From the NCBI GenBank assembly GCA_027448865.1, contig DAIDMR010000069.1, positions 23,931-87,930 on the forward strand: a stretch of DNA of 64,000 nucleotides, read 5' to 3'. The notes under the pieces were generated by a model. It saw only the letters and a list, made by a program, of their open reading frames with translations, made no database searches and was not told where the DNA came from. Origin of the DNA: Vampirovibrio sp. GTDB lineage: Bacteria; Cyanobacteriota; Vampirovibrionia; Vampirovibrionales; Vampirovibrionaceae. The position numbers and the translations under genes were made by a program. This document shows, piece by piece, positions 39,836 to 49,019 of the stretch (its first letter is position 1; every line of letters begins with the position of its first letter).

Positions 39836-40765
39836 TTAATCCTGCCGAAGTAATATCGCTTCCAACCGCTCCAGTTGTTGGGCATGTTTTGCAGGAGCCT
39901 GAGTTATCAAGCGCTGAATGTTTTTAAGTTTCCATTGAACAGCGGGTAAATCCTTCAGAGCAGGGACTGGAACCAGTTCCCAATCGGGATTACCTTGCTT
40001 GAAACTGATCAGGAATTGTCGTTCCACTTCGCTGAGCCAGGCGGAAACTTCTTGGAACAGCCTTTCTCGGGTTGATAGATAATCTTCATAACTGAAAGGA
40101 ACCATGGTCATACCAGCAAACTGAGCATGATAAGCGGCTTCCTGGTCTTGATGTCTGGGACTGAGTATTTCATTAATGGGTCTCGGTGAACTGATGAGGC
40201 ATGTAATAAACCCAAGCCGTAGCTCGTCAGACAGCCCTTCATTCTCCAACAGGTAATAGATGTCAAAAAGGTCACGGGGATGTTGTCGATCTAGGGCGGC
40301 ACAGATCTTGCCACCAAACAGCTCGGCATGAGAAACCACGCTAATTGCAGCAAACTTGCCAAACTCCTCTTGAACCTTTTCGCTCACCTGCATAAGCCGA
40401 GATGGCACGATCGCTCCACGAAGAGTGGTATTAACTTCGATTTTAATTTGAGCAGATGGACTCTGGCAGGATAACTTCGCGTGTTGACCATCACTCTGTT
40501 GAACTGGTGTAACACGGACAGCAGGCAGGGTGCTTTCAATTCGGTTCTTGATCCGGCCCAGCGATTCAGTAATTTCCTCAAGTGCCTGCTGCCGGTTGTG
40601 AAAAGGAAGATAGGTTAAATCGATATCGACCGATAACCGTGGTAAATCTCGCACAAATAGATTAATGGCAGTGCCCCCTTTCAGGGCAAAGCACGCTTCG
40701 GTTGCCACATGCGGAAGAACCTGAAGTAGCAGCTCGACTTGTGCTCGGTATACCGCTGAAATCAT
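39836..40765 (-). CDS. AbiEii-like nucleotidyltransferase toxin (type IV TA / abortive infection), 309 aa
   Basis: It has the nucleotidyltransferase-fold motif GGTAINLFVRDLPRLSVDIDL (GSx9-13DxD pattern). It is located 4 bp-overlapped downstream of an AbiEi-like gene. Confidence 0.75.
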   Translation of the reverse strand: MISAVYRAQVELLLQVLPHVATEACFALKGGTAINLFVRDLPRLSVDIDLTYLPFHNRQQALEEITESLGRIKNRIESTLPAVRVTPVQQSDGQHAKLSCQSPSAQIKIEVNTTLRGAIVPSRLMQVSEKVQEEFGKFAAISVVSHAELFGGKICAALDRQHPRDLFDIYYLLENEGLSDELRLGFITCLISSPRPINEILSPRHQDQEAAYHAQFAGMTMVPFSYEDYLSTRERLFQEVSAWLSEVERQFLISFKQGNPDWELVPVPALKDLPAVQWKLKNIQRLITQAPAKHAQQLERLEAILLRQD

Positions 40766-41574
40766 AGCTCGGCCAGCTCCTTCGGGATGGTGATTTGGAA
40801 TTCAGCGTCAAAAACCCCACCTTTCACCAAACTGCGTTTCCCCTTGCCCAGATCAAGCTGCCCGAGGTTGATAAATTGCAACCACTGATGTCCAGCTTTT
40901 TGGGCCATGTAAAGAAAGAGTCGTTTAACCTTGATGGACGTGCAGTACTCCAGCATGTCTTGCAGCAGTTTGGGGCGTAGATTAACCATCCCTTCCATTA
41001 AGTGATAACACTCGACCAGATCCAGGTCATCCGGGGTCAAAAACAGACACTCCAGGATGGCGCGTTCAGGGGCCGATATCCATATATGAAAGGTCTTGCT
41101 TTCATACCTAATCAGGCCGATGTCCGGCGGGAGAAACGACGTTCTGACTGATCGAATGGAAGCCTTCAGGTCTGCCTTTTTGAACCACTGGGGAATATTG
41201 ACGTTTGTGGGGAGGAATAGAAATATCTCCTCTGTACCAGTTCGCAGATAATGGGATAGCCCTTGCATGGATAGGGCTGTAAGAGCACCCGCATGGATGG
41301 ACAAGCACGCCTGTGCCTGGAGGGCATAGAGCGCTCCCTGCCAGTGAAGTTCATCTGCAGGACGCTTGAAGGCTCCGGGGCCGACCGTCTCCAGCCAGCC
41401 GCTCTTTCGATAACGTTTTTGCAAATCTCTGGAGATGCCTAATTCCTCTAGCCAAGAGGCTAGGCAGACTGTGCCTGGTTTATGCTCGTTCAGGAATTGG
41501 TTTAATTTCTGTGATTTTTGGGTACTCATAGTACCAATATACTGGTTTTTATGAACCAACACAAGGCACTTCAT
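40762..41574 (-). CDS. AbiEi-like antitoxin/transcriptional autoregulator; alternative start at 41529 (MSTQ...)
   Basis: It is of AbiEi size and sits immediately upstream of the AbiEii-like nucleotidyltransferase. Two 15-bp palindromes GGTACTnATAGTACC lie at its 5' end, and one of them overlaps an internal ATG. Confidence 0.7.
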   Translation of the reverse strand: MKCLVLVHKNQYIGTMSTQKSQKLNQFLNEHKPGTVCLASWLEELGISRDLQKRYRKSGWLETVGPGAFKRPADELHWQGALYALQAQACLSIHAGALTALSMQGLSHYLRTGTEEIFLFLPTNVNIPQWFKKADLKASIRSVRTSFLPPDIGLIRYESKTFHIWISAPERAILECLFLTPDDLDLVECYHLMEGMVNLRPKLLQDMLEYCTSIKVKRLFLYMAQKAGHQWLQFINLGQLDLGKGKRSLVKGGVFDAEFQITIPKELAEL

Positions 41575-41617
41575 GTGAACAGTTTATTATTGTTGAAATA
41601 CAGGTACTAATAGTACC
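41521..41617 (-). promoter_or_regulatory. Pair of palindromic operator-like sites (GGTACTCATAGTACCAATAT at 41521-41540; GGTACTAATAGTACCAATAT at 41603-41622) upstream of, and overlapping, the abiEi start
   Basis: There are two near-identical 20-bp sites 82 bp apart, each containing a perfect 6+3+6 palindrome. AbiEi proteins are known to autorepress via paired inverted repeats in their promoter. Confidence 0.55.
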
Positions 41618-41816
41618 AATATTAAAGAATATTCAAACCCAACTAAGAAAAGGCAGCCATTTTTATATCTATTCAGAAGAAAAATAGCTGCATAATCCCC
41701 TCACTTAGCCTTCTGCTCATGTGTTAAGCGGATTGTAAATGTCTGAAACATGGTGCTTGCATGATTTTCAGCTAAGCGGCTAGCATGAGCCCACGTTTTT
41801 AAAATAACTTTCGCAA

Positions 41817-42833
41817 GTGGTTTTACAGTCAAGCGCATTGGGTTTCGCGCTTATTTTGAGGCATGTCATTTTGGCACAAGTCATATCTTCTGTGAGGGAA
41901 GAGCAGCATCAACGCTATCAGGCGCGGTTGCGGCAAGATATTCCCAGCTTTATTCAAGACTATATGAGCGATCCGGCCATTATCGAAATCATGGCCAATC
42001 CGGATGGCAGCGTTTGGGTGGATGACTTGCGCTCAGGCCAAAGGTCGGTAGGAACCATTGAAGCCTTTCAGACAGAATCCATTCTGAATGTCATTGCTTC
42101 TTTAAGCGGCACCGCGATTACCCAAGAAAATCCCATTCTGGAATGCGAATTGCCTTACGATGGCTCACGCTTTGCCGGGATGATCCCGCCCGTGGTGGAA
42201 AGGCCTATTTTTAGCATCCGGCGCAAGGCTGTCCAGATTTTTACGTTGGATGACTATGTGGCGGCTGGAATTTTGAGTTCCTCTCAAAAAGCTGTCATTG
42301 ATGCATGGATCAAAGCCAGGAAAAATATTTTGATTGTGGGCGGAACCTCCAGCGGCAAAACCACACTCATCAATGCCGTCATTCAGGCGATAACCGAGCA
42401 CAGCCCCAAACATCGCCTCATTTTGCTGGAAGATACGGTTGAACTTCAATCGACGGCTTCTAATATCGTGGCGATGCGAAGCAGCCGGGATGTTTCTTTG
42501 CAAGCATTGGTTAAAGCAACCTTACGCCATCGACCGGATCGCATCATTGTGGGTGAAGTTCGGGGTAAAGAGGCTTTTGATCTGTTAACGGCCTGGTCAA
42601 CCGGCCATCCCGGTGGTGTCGCGTCTTTGCATGCCAATAGCGCGGAAGGTGCGTTTTTAAGGCTGGAACAGCTTCTGGAACTTGCCACTCAATCCCCCAT
42701 GAAAACGCTCATTGGGGAAGCGGTGGATGCCATTGTCTATATTGAAAAGACTGGGAGTGGGCGCAAAGTGAAAGAGTTATTGACTGTTCAAGGCTACCGG
42801 AATGGCCAGTATCAGACTCAAACGGTTGTTTAA
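41817..42833 (+). CDS. trbB: Conjugal transfer ATPase TrbB (VirB11 family), 338 aa; true start may be internal
   Basis: It has the Walker A GGTSSGKTT and VirB11/PilT-class motifs (Asp box, and a His box near GHPGGVASLHANS). It is the first gene of the trb operon. Confidence 0.85.
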   Translation: MVLQSSALGFALILRHVILAQVISSVREEQHQRYQARLRQDIPSFIQDYMSDPAIIEIMANPDGSVWVDDLRSGQRSVGTIEAFQTESILNVIASLSGTAITQENPILECELPYDGSRFAGMIPPVVERPIFSIRRKAVQIFTLDDYVAAGILSSSQKAVIDAWIKARKNILIVGGTSSGKTTLINAVIQAITEHSPKHRLILLEDTVELQSTASNIVAMRSSRDVSLQALVKATLRHRPDRIIVGEVRGKEAFDLLTAWSTGHPGGVASLHANSAEGAFLRLEQLLELATQSPMKTLIGEAVDAIVYIEKTGSGRKVKELLTVQGYRNGQYQTQTVV

Positions 42834-42859
42834 GAAGTAATGAGAGAGAAGGGGAAACT

Positions 42860-43213
42860 ATGAAACATCATCAAACCCATAACCTGAACCGATGGACACC
42901 CGTCATCCTGGTTGGCAGCTTACTAGCTATTGCCGTCCTCTGCCCAGGTGTTGCTCATGCGGCCACTGCCGGTGGAACTGGCTTACCGTGGGAAACACCT
43001 ATTCAGCGCATTGTGGATAGTTTCTTGGGACCCATTGCCGTGGGTATGTGCCTGATTGGTTTTGTGGCAGGCGTATGGCGTTTTATGACCGGTGGTGAAA
43101 TGGATGGTTTTGTTCGCTCCATGGTGGTAATGGCCTTGTCCGGCTCCATCTTGATAGCCGCACGGCCTTTTATTAATAGCCTCTTTGGGGTGGGAGCCGT
43201 GTTAGGCCAATGA
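42860..43213 (+). CDS. trbC: TrbC conjugative pilin (VirB2 family), 117 aa
   Basis: It has a signal peptide and two hydrophobic helices. Position and size match trbC/virB2. Confidence 0.7.
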   Translation: MKHHQTHNLNRWTPVILVGSLLAIAVLCPGVAHAATAGGTGLPWETPIQRIVDSFLGPIAVGMCLIGFVAGVWRFMTGGEMDGFVRSMVVMALSGSILIAARPFINSLFGVGAVLGQ

Positions 43214-43497
43214 GCAACCTTCGACGGATTCCATTTTCTCGAACCCTGCACAGACCCAATTTGCTATTGGGTGGAGAACGCCCATGGGTGATTTTACTGG
43301 GTGTGATTGCCGCAGGCCTGATTCTTTCTGATATAAGCGTGTTGAAAATTCTAGTGGGCTTGGGCATTTGGACTGTGGGCCTTGGCTTGTTACGGCAAAT
43401 GGCCAAGGTCGATCCGTATCTCAGTCAAGTGTATTTTCGGCGTTTGAAATACCGCCGCTATTATCCGGCCCAGTCCAGGGCTAGATTGACTCGATAG
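43210..43497 (+). CDS. trbD: TrbD (VirB3 family), 95 aa
   Basis: It is a small membrane protein between the pilin and VirB4-like genes. It overlaps the trbC stop (ATGA). Confidence 0.7.
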   Translation: MSNLRRIPFSRTLHRPNLLLGGERPWVILLGVIAAGLILSDISVLKILVGLGIWTVGLGLLRQMAKVDPYLSQVYFRRLKYRRYYPAQSRARLTR

Positions 43498-43532
43498 GAC
43501 GCCATAGAGGGCCAGAGGAAGAAGAGGGACGC

Positions 43533-46019
43533 ATGTTATCCACCAAAGCATTTCAAACGGACTCGCAGGGATTACCAACCCTGCTCAACTATGCCGCCAT
43601 GGTTAAAAGTGGTGTGATGCTGGGAAAAGATGGCTCCCTAACGGCAGCCTTTGAGTGTGAAGGATTGGATATCGCTAGTACCACGCCCGCTCAACGGAAT
43701 TACCAGGCTGAAACCTTAAATAACATTTTAACCCAGCACTTTGGCGGCGGTTGGGTCAGTCATCATGAACTCATCCGAAAACCGTCAGCGGCTTACCCGG
43801 ATGCGGCCTTATCTGCTTTCCCGGATCCCATCAGCCGAGGGATTGAGGCGGAAAACCGTGCCAATTTTCTCAAAGAGGGCAATCATTTTGAAAGCGCCAA
43901 TATTCTGGTGGTGCGCTATAAATCCCCGTCACTTCAAAGCCATCGTTTGAGAAACCTGTTCTATGAGTCACGAAAGCAGGAGCCGGTCAATTCTCTGGAA
44001 GCAGATCTGACCTATTTTGAGCGGCAACTGGAAAATCTGGAAGATGCGTTGTCCAGCACCTTGAAAGTACGGCGGATGCGAGGCTATTCGGTCACGGATT
44101 CATACGGACAGGTTCATCTGCGCGATGATTTGGTGAATTACCTGAATTTCACCATTACCGGTGAATATCACCCCGTCAACTTGCCAGCCTGTGGCATGTA
44201 TCTGGATGGGTATCTGGGCATGCAAGACCTGATTCCTGGTGATACCCCAAAAATCGGCGATTATTTCATCGGCTGTATCAGCCTGACTGGTATGCCAAAT
44301 GAATCCTATCCCAATATTCTGGAAGCATTGAATCACTTACCGCTCGCGTACCGCTGGGTTACCCGCATGATTTATGTGGATGCCCATGAAGCCATTACAC
44401 TGCTCAAAAAGGAGCACCGGGAATGGATTCAAAAGTCGCAAAGCCCCTTTCATCAGATTTTCAAAATGAAGGGCGGCTTGGTGAACCAAGATGCTCTCAA
44501 TATGACACTGGACACCCAAGCGGTTATGACTGAGGTGCATAGCGGGCAAATGGCGTTTGGGTACTGCTCACAAGTCGTGGTCTTAATGAATCCAGATCGA
44601 CAAGCATTACTGGATAATGCGCGGCTGGTCATCCGGGAGATCAAACGGTTGGGCTTTAATTGCAGGCTCGAAACCTTGAATGCCATGGAAGCTTGGCTCA
44701 GCACTTTGCCGGGGCATACCCTGCCCAATATCCGGCGTCCCTTGGTTCATTCCAATCACTTGGCGCATATGATTCCAATTACCAGCATTTGGTCAGGCCG
44801 GGCTTCTTGTCAAAATCCGCTGTTCCCTCCCAATCTGCCCCCTTTAATGCATACCGCTACCACGGGCTCAACGCCTTTTCGGTTAAATCTGCATGTGGGT
44901 GACGTGGGTCATACATTGATTATGGGGCCAACGGGAGCTGGAAAATCGGTATTGCTTTCTACTCTGGCGGCACAGTTTCGACGTTATTCCAATGCCACTA
45001 TAACCGCCTTCGATAAGGGCCGCTCCATGTGGGCCTTGGTGGAAGCCTGTGGCGGCCAGCATTATGACATTGGCGGTGACGACAATGCCAGCTTGTCATT
45101 TGCGCCTCTTGCCCTGATTGATACGGATGCCGATATGGCCTGGGCGGAGGATTGGATCGCCACGGTTTATGAAGCTCGAACGGGAAAAGCCACTACCCCG
45201 CGCCAGAGTCAGGAAATCCACCGGGCCATGGGCATACTGCGGGAAACCAAAAGTCAGCAAGAGCGCTCTTTGTCCGATTTTCTGCTGACGCTGCAACAAT
45301 GTGGGGCGGAGGATGACCTCAAGGCTGCCTTGTCGTTTTACGCACTCAGCGGTCCTTACGGGAGCTTATTGGATGCCAGAACCGATGGACTGAAAGCCAG
45401 TTCGTTTACGGTCTTTGAAATCGAAGAGTTAATGGCCATGAAAGAGCGCATTGCCATCCCGGTACTGTTGTATCTGTTCCGGCAATTTGAACGCAACTTG
45501 CAAGGTCAACCCGCCTTGTTACTGCTGGATGAGGCCTGGGTGATGCTGGGACATCCGGTCTTTCGAGGAAAAATTCGCCAATGGCTGAAGGAACTCAGAA
45601 AGAAGAATTGCGCGGTGGTCTTGGCGACTCAAAGCCTGTCGGATGCCGTGCACTCCCAGATTTATGATGTGTTACTGGAAAGCTGTCCGACAAAAATCCT
45701 GCTGCCCAATGAAGAGGCCGATAAGGAAGGTACCAGTGAACATCCGGGTCCACGTGATCTTTACGCCATGATGGGATTGAATGCCGCTGAGAGTCAGATC
45801 ATTAAAACAGCGACCAAGAAGCGGCAATATTATTACATGTCCCCGGAAGGGCGCAGGCTATTTGATTTGGGGTTGGGGCCACTGGCCTTATCCTTCGTGG
45901 CGGTTTCCGATAAGGAAACTCTGTCACATTTGAGCCAGCTCAAGGCAGAGTACGGGGCAACATGGCCATTTGTTTGGTTGAAAGAGAGAGGAGTGGAGTA
46001 TGACAAATTGGTGGGTTAA
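43533..46019 (+). CDS. trbE: TrbE conjugal transfer ATPase (VirB4 family), 828 aa
   Basis: It has the Walker A GPTGAGKS and Walker B ALLLLDEAW. Size and context match VirB4/TrbE. Confidence 0.9.
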   Translation: MLSTKAFQTDSQGLPTLLNYAAMVKSGVMLGKDGSLTAAFECEGLDIASTTPAQRNYQAETLNNILTQHFGGGWVSHHELIRKPSAAYPDAALSAFPDPISRGIEAENRANFLKEGNHFESANILVVRYKSPSLQSHRLRNLFYESRKQEPVNSLEADLTYFERQLENLEDALSSTLKVRRMRGYSVTDSYGQVHLRDDLVNYLNFTITGEYHPVNLPACGMYLDGYLGMQDLIPGDTPKIGDYFIGCISLTGMPNESYPNILEALNHLPLAYRWVTRMIYVDAHEAITLLKKEHREWIQKSQSPFHQIFKMKGGLVNQDALNMTLDTQAVMTEVHSGQMAFGYCSQVVVLMNPDRQALLDNARLVIREIKRLGFNCRLETLNAMEAWLSTLPGHTLPNIRRPLVHSNHLAHMIPITSIWSGRASCQNPLFPPNLPPLMHTATTGSTPFRLNLHVGDVGHTLIMGPTGAGKSVLLSTLAAQFRRYSNATITAFDKGRSMWALVEACGGQHYDIGGDDNASLSFAPLALIDTDADMAWAEDWIATVYEARTGKATTPRQSQEIHRAMGILRETKSQQERSLSDFLLTLQQCGAEDDLKAALSFYALSGPYGSLLDARTDGLKASSFTVFEIEELMAMKERIAIPVLLYLFRQFERNLQGQPALLLLDEAWVMLGHPVFRGKIRQWLKELRKKNCAVVLATQSLSDAVHSQIYDVLLESCPTKILLPNEEADKEGTSEHPGPRDLYAMMGLNAAESQIIKTATKKRQYYYMSPEGRRLFDLGLGPLALSFVAVSDKETLSHLSQLKAEYGATWPFVWLKERGVEYDKLVG

Positions 46020-46752
46020 AGCAGGGCTCGGCATTGCCTTAAGCGTGGTATTGACCACACCTTACCTATTGCCAGCCAAGGCGCAAAATGCGGTCATCTG
46101 TAGCAATTGTGGGACCGAGTGGACGCAACTTATGAATAAAGCCATGATGGCCAAACAACTGGCGACACAAGCCCAGCAACTCAGCACCCAAATCAATCAA
46201 TATAAAGATATGCTGACCAATTCCAACGGGGTATCTACCCATGTTTGGGGACAGGCCATGCAGGATTTTGCAAAGCTCCAGAACTTAATGAGCCAAAGCC
46301 GATCAATGGCTTATTCCGCAAGCAATTTGGATGGGCAATTCTCTAGCCGGTACGAAACTTATGACTCATACCTAAACCGCACTATGGGTGCCAAAGATTG
46401 GCAGAACAAATATACGCAGTGGTCACAAGAAGGCTCGGACAATGCACGCTATGCATTAAAAGGCTTGGGACTACAAGCGTCTCAAATGCAAAATGAACAA
46501 GCCTTGATGCAACAACTGCAATCCATGGCAGGAACCGCACAAGGGCGAATGCAGGCACTGCAAGTGGCTAACATGATGGCTGCTCAAAATGTCGAGCAAG
46601 TTATGAAACTGCGCCAAATGATGATGCTGCAATTGCAAATGCAAGCCAATTACCTGGCCCAACAACAAGATCGAATGGCCGCTCAAGAAGCCGCTCATCA
46701 ACGGTTTATGAATGCGCCGAGAGTCCGTAATGATAATGGCAAGACCTATTGA
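46000..46752 (+). CDS. trbJ: TrbJ (VirB5-like), 250 aa
   Basis: It has a signal peptide, a Q-rich coiled-coil C-terminal region, and sits after trbE. Confidence 0.7.
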   Translation: MTNWWVKAGLGIALSVVLTTPYLLPAKAQNAVICSNCGTEWTQLMNKAMMAKQLATQAQQLSTQINQYKDMLTNSNGVSTHVWGQAMQDFAKLQNLMSQSRSMAYSASNLDGQFSSRYETYDSYLNRTMGAKDWQNKYTQWSQEGSDNARYALKGLGLQASQMQNEQALMQQLQSMAGTAQGRMQALQVANMMAAQNVEQVMKLRQMMMLQLQMQANYLAQQQDRMAAQEAAHQRFMNAPRVRNDNGKTY

Positions 46753-46991
46753 AAGGAACACTTATGAATATCTTTAACCAAGTTTTCACTATGAAGCTAT
46801 GGATGCTTATGAGCTTAATAATAGGCACCGCCATAATATCTACTTGCCTTACAACTGTTTTGTCTAAACCTTCCCAATCTCAAGCACTGGTATGCCCTCC
46901 ATGCAAACCAGTCTCGGCTTCAGACCCAGTAAAACCAAGCCCAAATCGTAAATCGTACAGGGTACCCAATGATAACGGCAAGACTTATTAA
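46722..46991 (+). repeat. About 30-bp imperfect direct repeats (GTCCGTAATGATAATGGCAAGACCTATTGA at 46723-46752; GTACCCAATGATAACGGCAAGACTTATTAA at 46962-46991) flanking the trbK-like gene
   Basis: The repeats match at 24 of 30 nt. Both encode the peptide tail R(V/P)(R/P)NDNGKTY* at the ends of trbJ and the trbK-like ORF. Confidence 0.7.
46749..46991 (+). CDS. TrbK-like small lipoprotein (putative entry-exclusion protein); real start probably ATG at 46764
   Basis: It is a small ORF with a hydrophobic leader and a Cys (IISTCLTT). It lies between trbJ and trbL, the position of trbK in Ti/Tn4371-type trb operons. It is flanked by about 30-bp direct repeats that duplicate the trbJ 3' end. Confidence 0.45.
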   Translation: MKGTLMNIFNQVFTMKLWMLMSLIIGTAIISTCLTTVLSKPSQSQALVCPPCKPVSASDPVKPSPNRKSYRVPNDNGKTY

Positions 46992-48252
46992 CGGAGAAAT
47001 TACTTTAATGCCCAAATCTTGGCTCTTTAGGCATCTTTTGTTTGCAATATTAGGTTTGGTGGTTTTGTTCTTAAACACGACTCATCCATCTTTTGCGCAA
47101 ACCATTAGTGATAACTTTTTGGAGCCAATTGTTGATCAGTATGCTAACCATACGTCTGCATGGGAAGGGCCACTGCAACGCTTTGCCATGAGCATATTTT
47201 GGCTGCTCGTGCTGATCGATGTGGTCTGGACTGGGGCAGAGCTGATTATCCACAAAAGTGATTTGGGGGAGTGGGCCATTACGGTTGCGAAGCAACTCCT
47301 AACCATTGGCTTTTTCTATGCCTTGCTGACTCATTCCTCAGAATGGGCCAATGCGTTGATTCAAAGCTTTCGACTAGCGGGGGATGCGGCCAGTTCGGCT
47401 GCCAGCGGCAGGACTGGCCTGCAACCCTCCGATATTTTTGATTCTGGGGTCAATATTGCGGTGACTTGCATTAAGTCCTTCAAAATAGAAAAGCCCATTG
47501 ACAGTTTGGCAATGGCTTTTGGGGCTATCATCATGCTGATTAGTTTTGCTCTAATCGCGGCATTACAGGTTGTGGCCTTGGTGGAGAGCTACATTTTCAC
47601 CTATGCAGGCATTCTATTCCTGGGTTTTGGGGGAAGTCGTTTTACGCGCGATTTTGCCCAACGCTATCTGGTGGGCATTATAGCCGTTGGGGCAAAACTT
47701 TTTGTAATCCAGCTCATTATTGGATTGGCTGTGGTGCTGGTTAAACAGTGGGATGCCGATATTGATGCTAATCAGGCTATTCTCGATATTGGCCTGGTAC
47801 TCCGCATTGCGGGTGGATCTATCGTTTTCCTGGCATTGGCCAAGATGATTCCATCGATGGTGCAGGGCATGATCAATGGCGCGTCCTATAGTTCTGCTAC
47901 CACCATGATCAACACCACCATGGCCGGAGCCAATGTTGGGGCAGCAGCCGCCAACGGGGTAGGGGCTATTGCCACTGCCGGGCTGGGTGGGCTGTCCAGC
48001 CTGGTTGGACAGCAAGGTTGGGCGGATGGACTTTATAGCGCCTCCGGTGAAATGGCCAACCGGGCCAATCATCATGCGGGAGATGCTTTTAGCCATTCTT
48101 TTGATGCCAGTGCTGGGAGTATGGGCCAATACATGCCAGGCGCTTTTACTCCCGGTAAGTTCGATGAGATGAAGCCTGCGTTTCGAGGGGATGAGTTCGG
48201 TGAGGATGTGGGAAGTGGTGCTCAGGAAGAGCGCAATACCATTGGGGTTTAA
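46969..48252 (+). CDS. trbL: TrbL (VirB6 family) polytopic membrane protein, 427 aa
   Basis: It has multiple TM helices and a Gly/Ala-rich C-terminal segment. Its position follows trbJ/K. Confidence 0.8.
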   Translation: MITARLINGEITLMPKSWLFRHLLFAILGLVVLFLNTTHPSFAQTISDNFLEPIVDQYANHTSAWEGPLQRFAMSIFWLLVLIDVVWTGAELIIHKSDLGEWAITVAKQLLTIGFFYALLTHSSEWANALIQSFRLAGDAASSAASGRTGLQPSDIFDSGVNIAVTCIKSFKIEKPIDSLAMAFGAIIMLISFALIAALQVVALVESYIFTYAGILFLGFGGSRFTRDFAQRYLVGIIAVGAKLFVIQLIIGLAVVLVKQWDADIDANQAILDIGLVLRIAGGSIVFLALAKMIPSMVQGMINGASYSSATTMINTTMAGANVGAAAANGVGAIATAGLGGLSSLVGQQGWADGLYSASGEMANRANHHAGDAFSHSFDASAGSMGQYMPGAFTPGKFDEMKPAFRGDEFGEDVGSGAQEERNTIGV

Positions 48253-48287
48253 ACACAAGAAACAGAAACGATGAAAGAAGAGATTGC

Positions 48288-49019
48288 ATGAACAAACAAA
48301 GAGACTACTCGGCCTCATCAAATTTCGTTGTGCCTTTTTTCAGAGAGGAGCGACGAACCACCGACTCTGAAGCTGTAATGGCGATGCACCATTTAGCCCA
48401 GAAACGCTGGAATGAAGAGTTTGGCGGCTTTATTCATGAAAAGAAAGTTTGGCAACGGGTCGCGCTTATTAGTTTGACTGTAAACCTTCTAGCCATCGCT
48501 GGCATTGCCTATATTGGTGCTCAAAACAAGATGGTGCCCTATGTGGTGGAAGTCGACAAATTGGGAGCGGCGGTTGCCGTGCAACGGGCTGATACACCCA
48601 TGGTCCCAAACACATCCGCCATTAAAGCCCATCTGGCTCGGTGGATTCAAAATACCCGCAGTATTTACCTGGATGTAGCGGCTGAAAAGCAGGCATTAAA
48701 AGAAGCCTATGCGTCGATCAACAACCATGGCCCAGCTTTGGCCACGTTGAACGACTATTTTCAAACTCATGAGCCATTTAAACAGGCAGAAAATGAATCC
48801 GTCAGTGTGCAAGTGGAATCCGTTCAGCCAATTAGTGAAAAAACCTGGCGCATTGAATGGCATGAAGATCATCGAGCTAGAGACGGTCGCGTCATTAACA
48901 GCATGCAACAGCAAGCCACTGTTTCGATTGTGATCAGCCCGCCATCGGATGAAGCCACCATTTTAATGAACCCGCTGGGAATCTATATCGATTCCTTCAG
49001 TTGGTCGCAACGATTGTAG
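48288..49019 (+). CDS. trbF: TrbF (VirB8 family), 243 aa
   Basis: It has a single N-terminal TM plus a periplasmic NTF2-like domain. Position is consistent with trbF. Confidence 0.8.
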   Translation: MNKQRDYSASSNFVVPFFREERRTTDSEAVMAMHHLAQKRWNEEFGGFIHEKKVWQRVALISLTVNLLAIAGIAYIGAQNKMVPYVVEVDKLGAAVAVQRADTPMVPNTSAIKAHLARWIQNTRSIYLDVAAEKQALKEAYASINNHGPALATLNDYFQTHEPFKQAENESVSVQVESVQPISEKTWRIEWHEDHRARDGRVINSMQQQATVSIVISPPSDEATILMNPLGIYIDSFSWSQRL

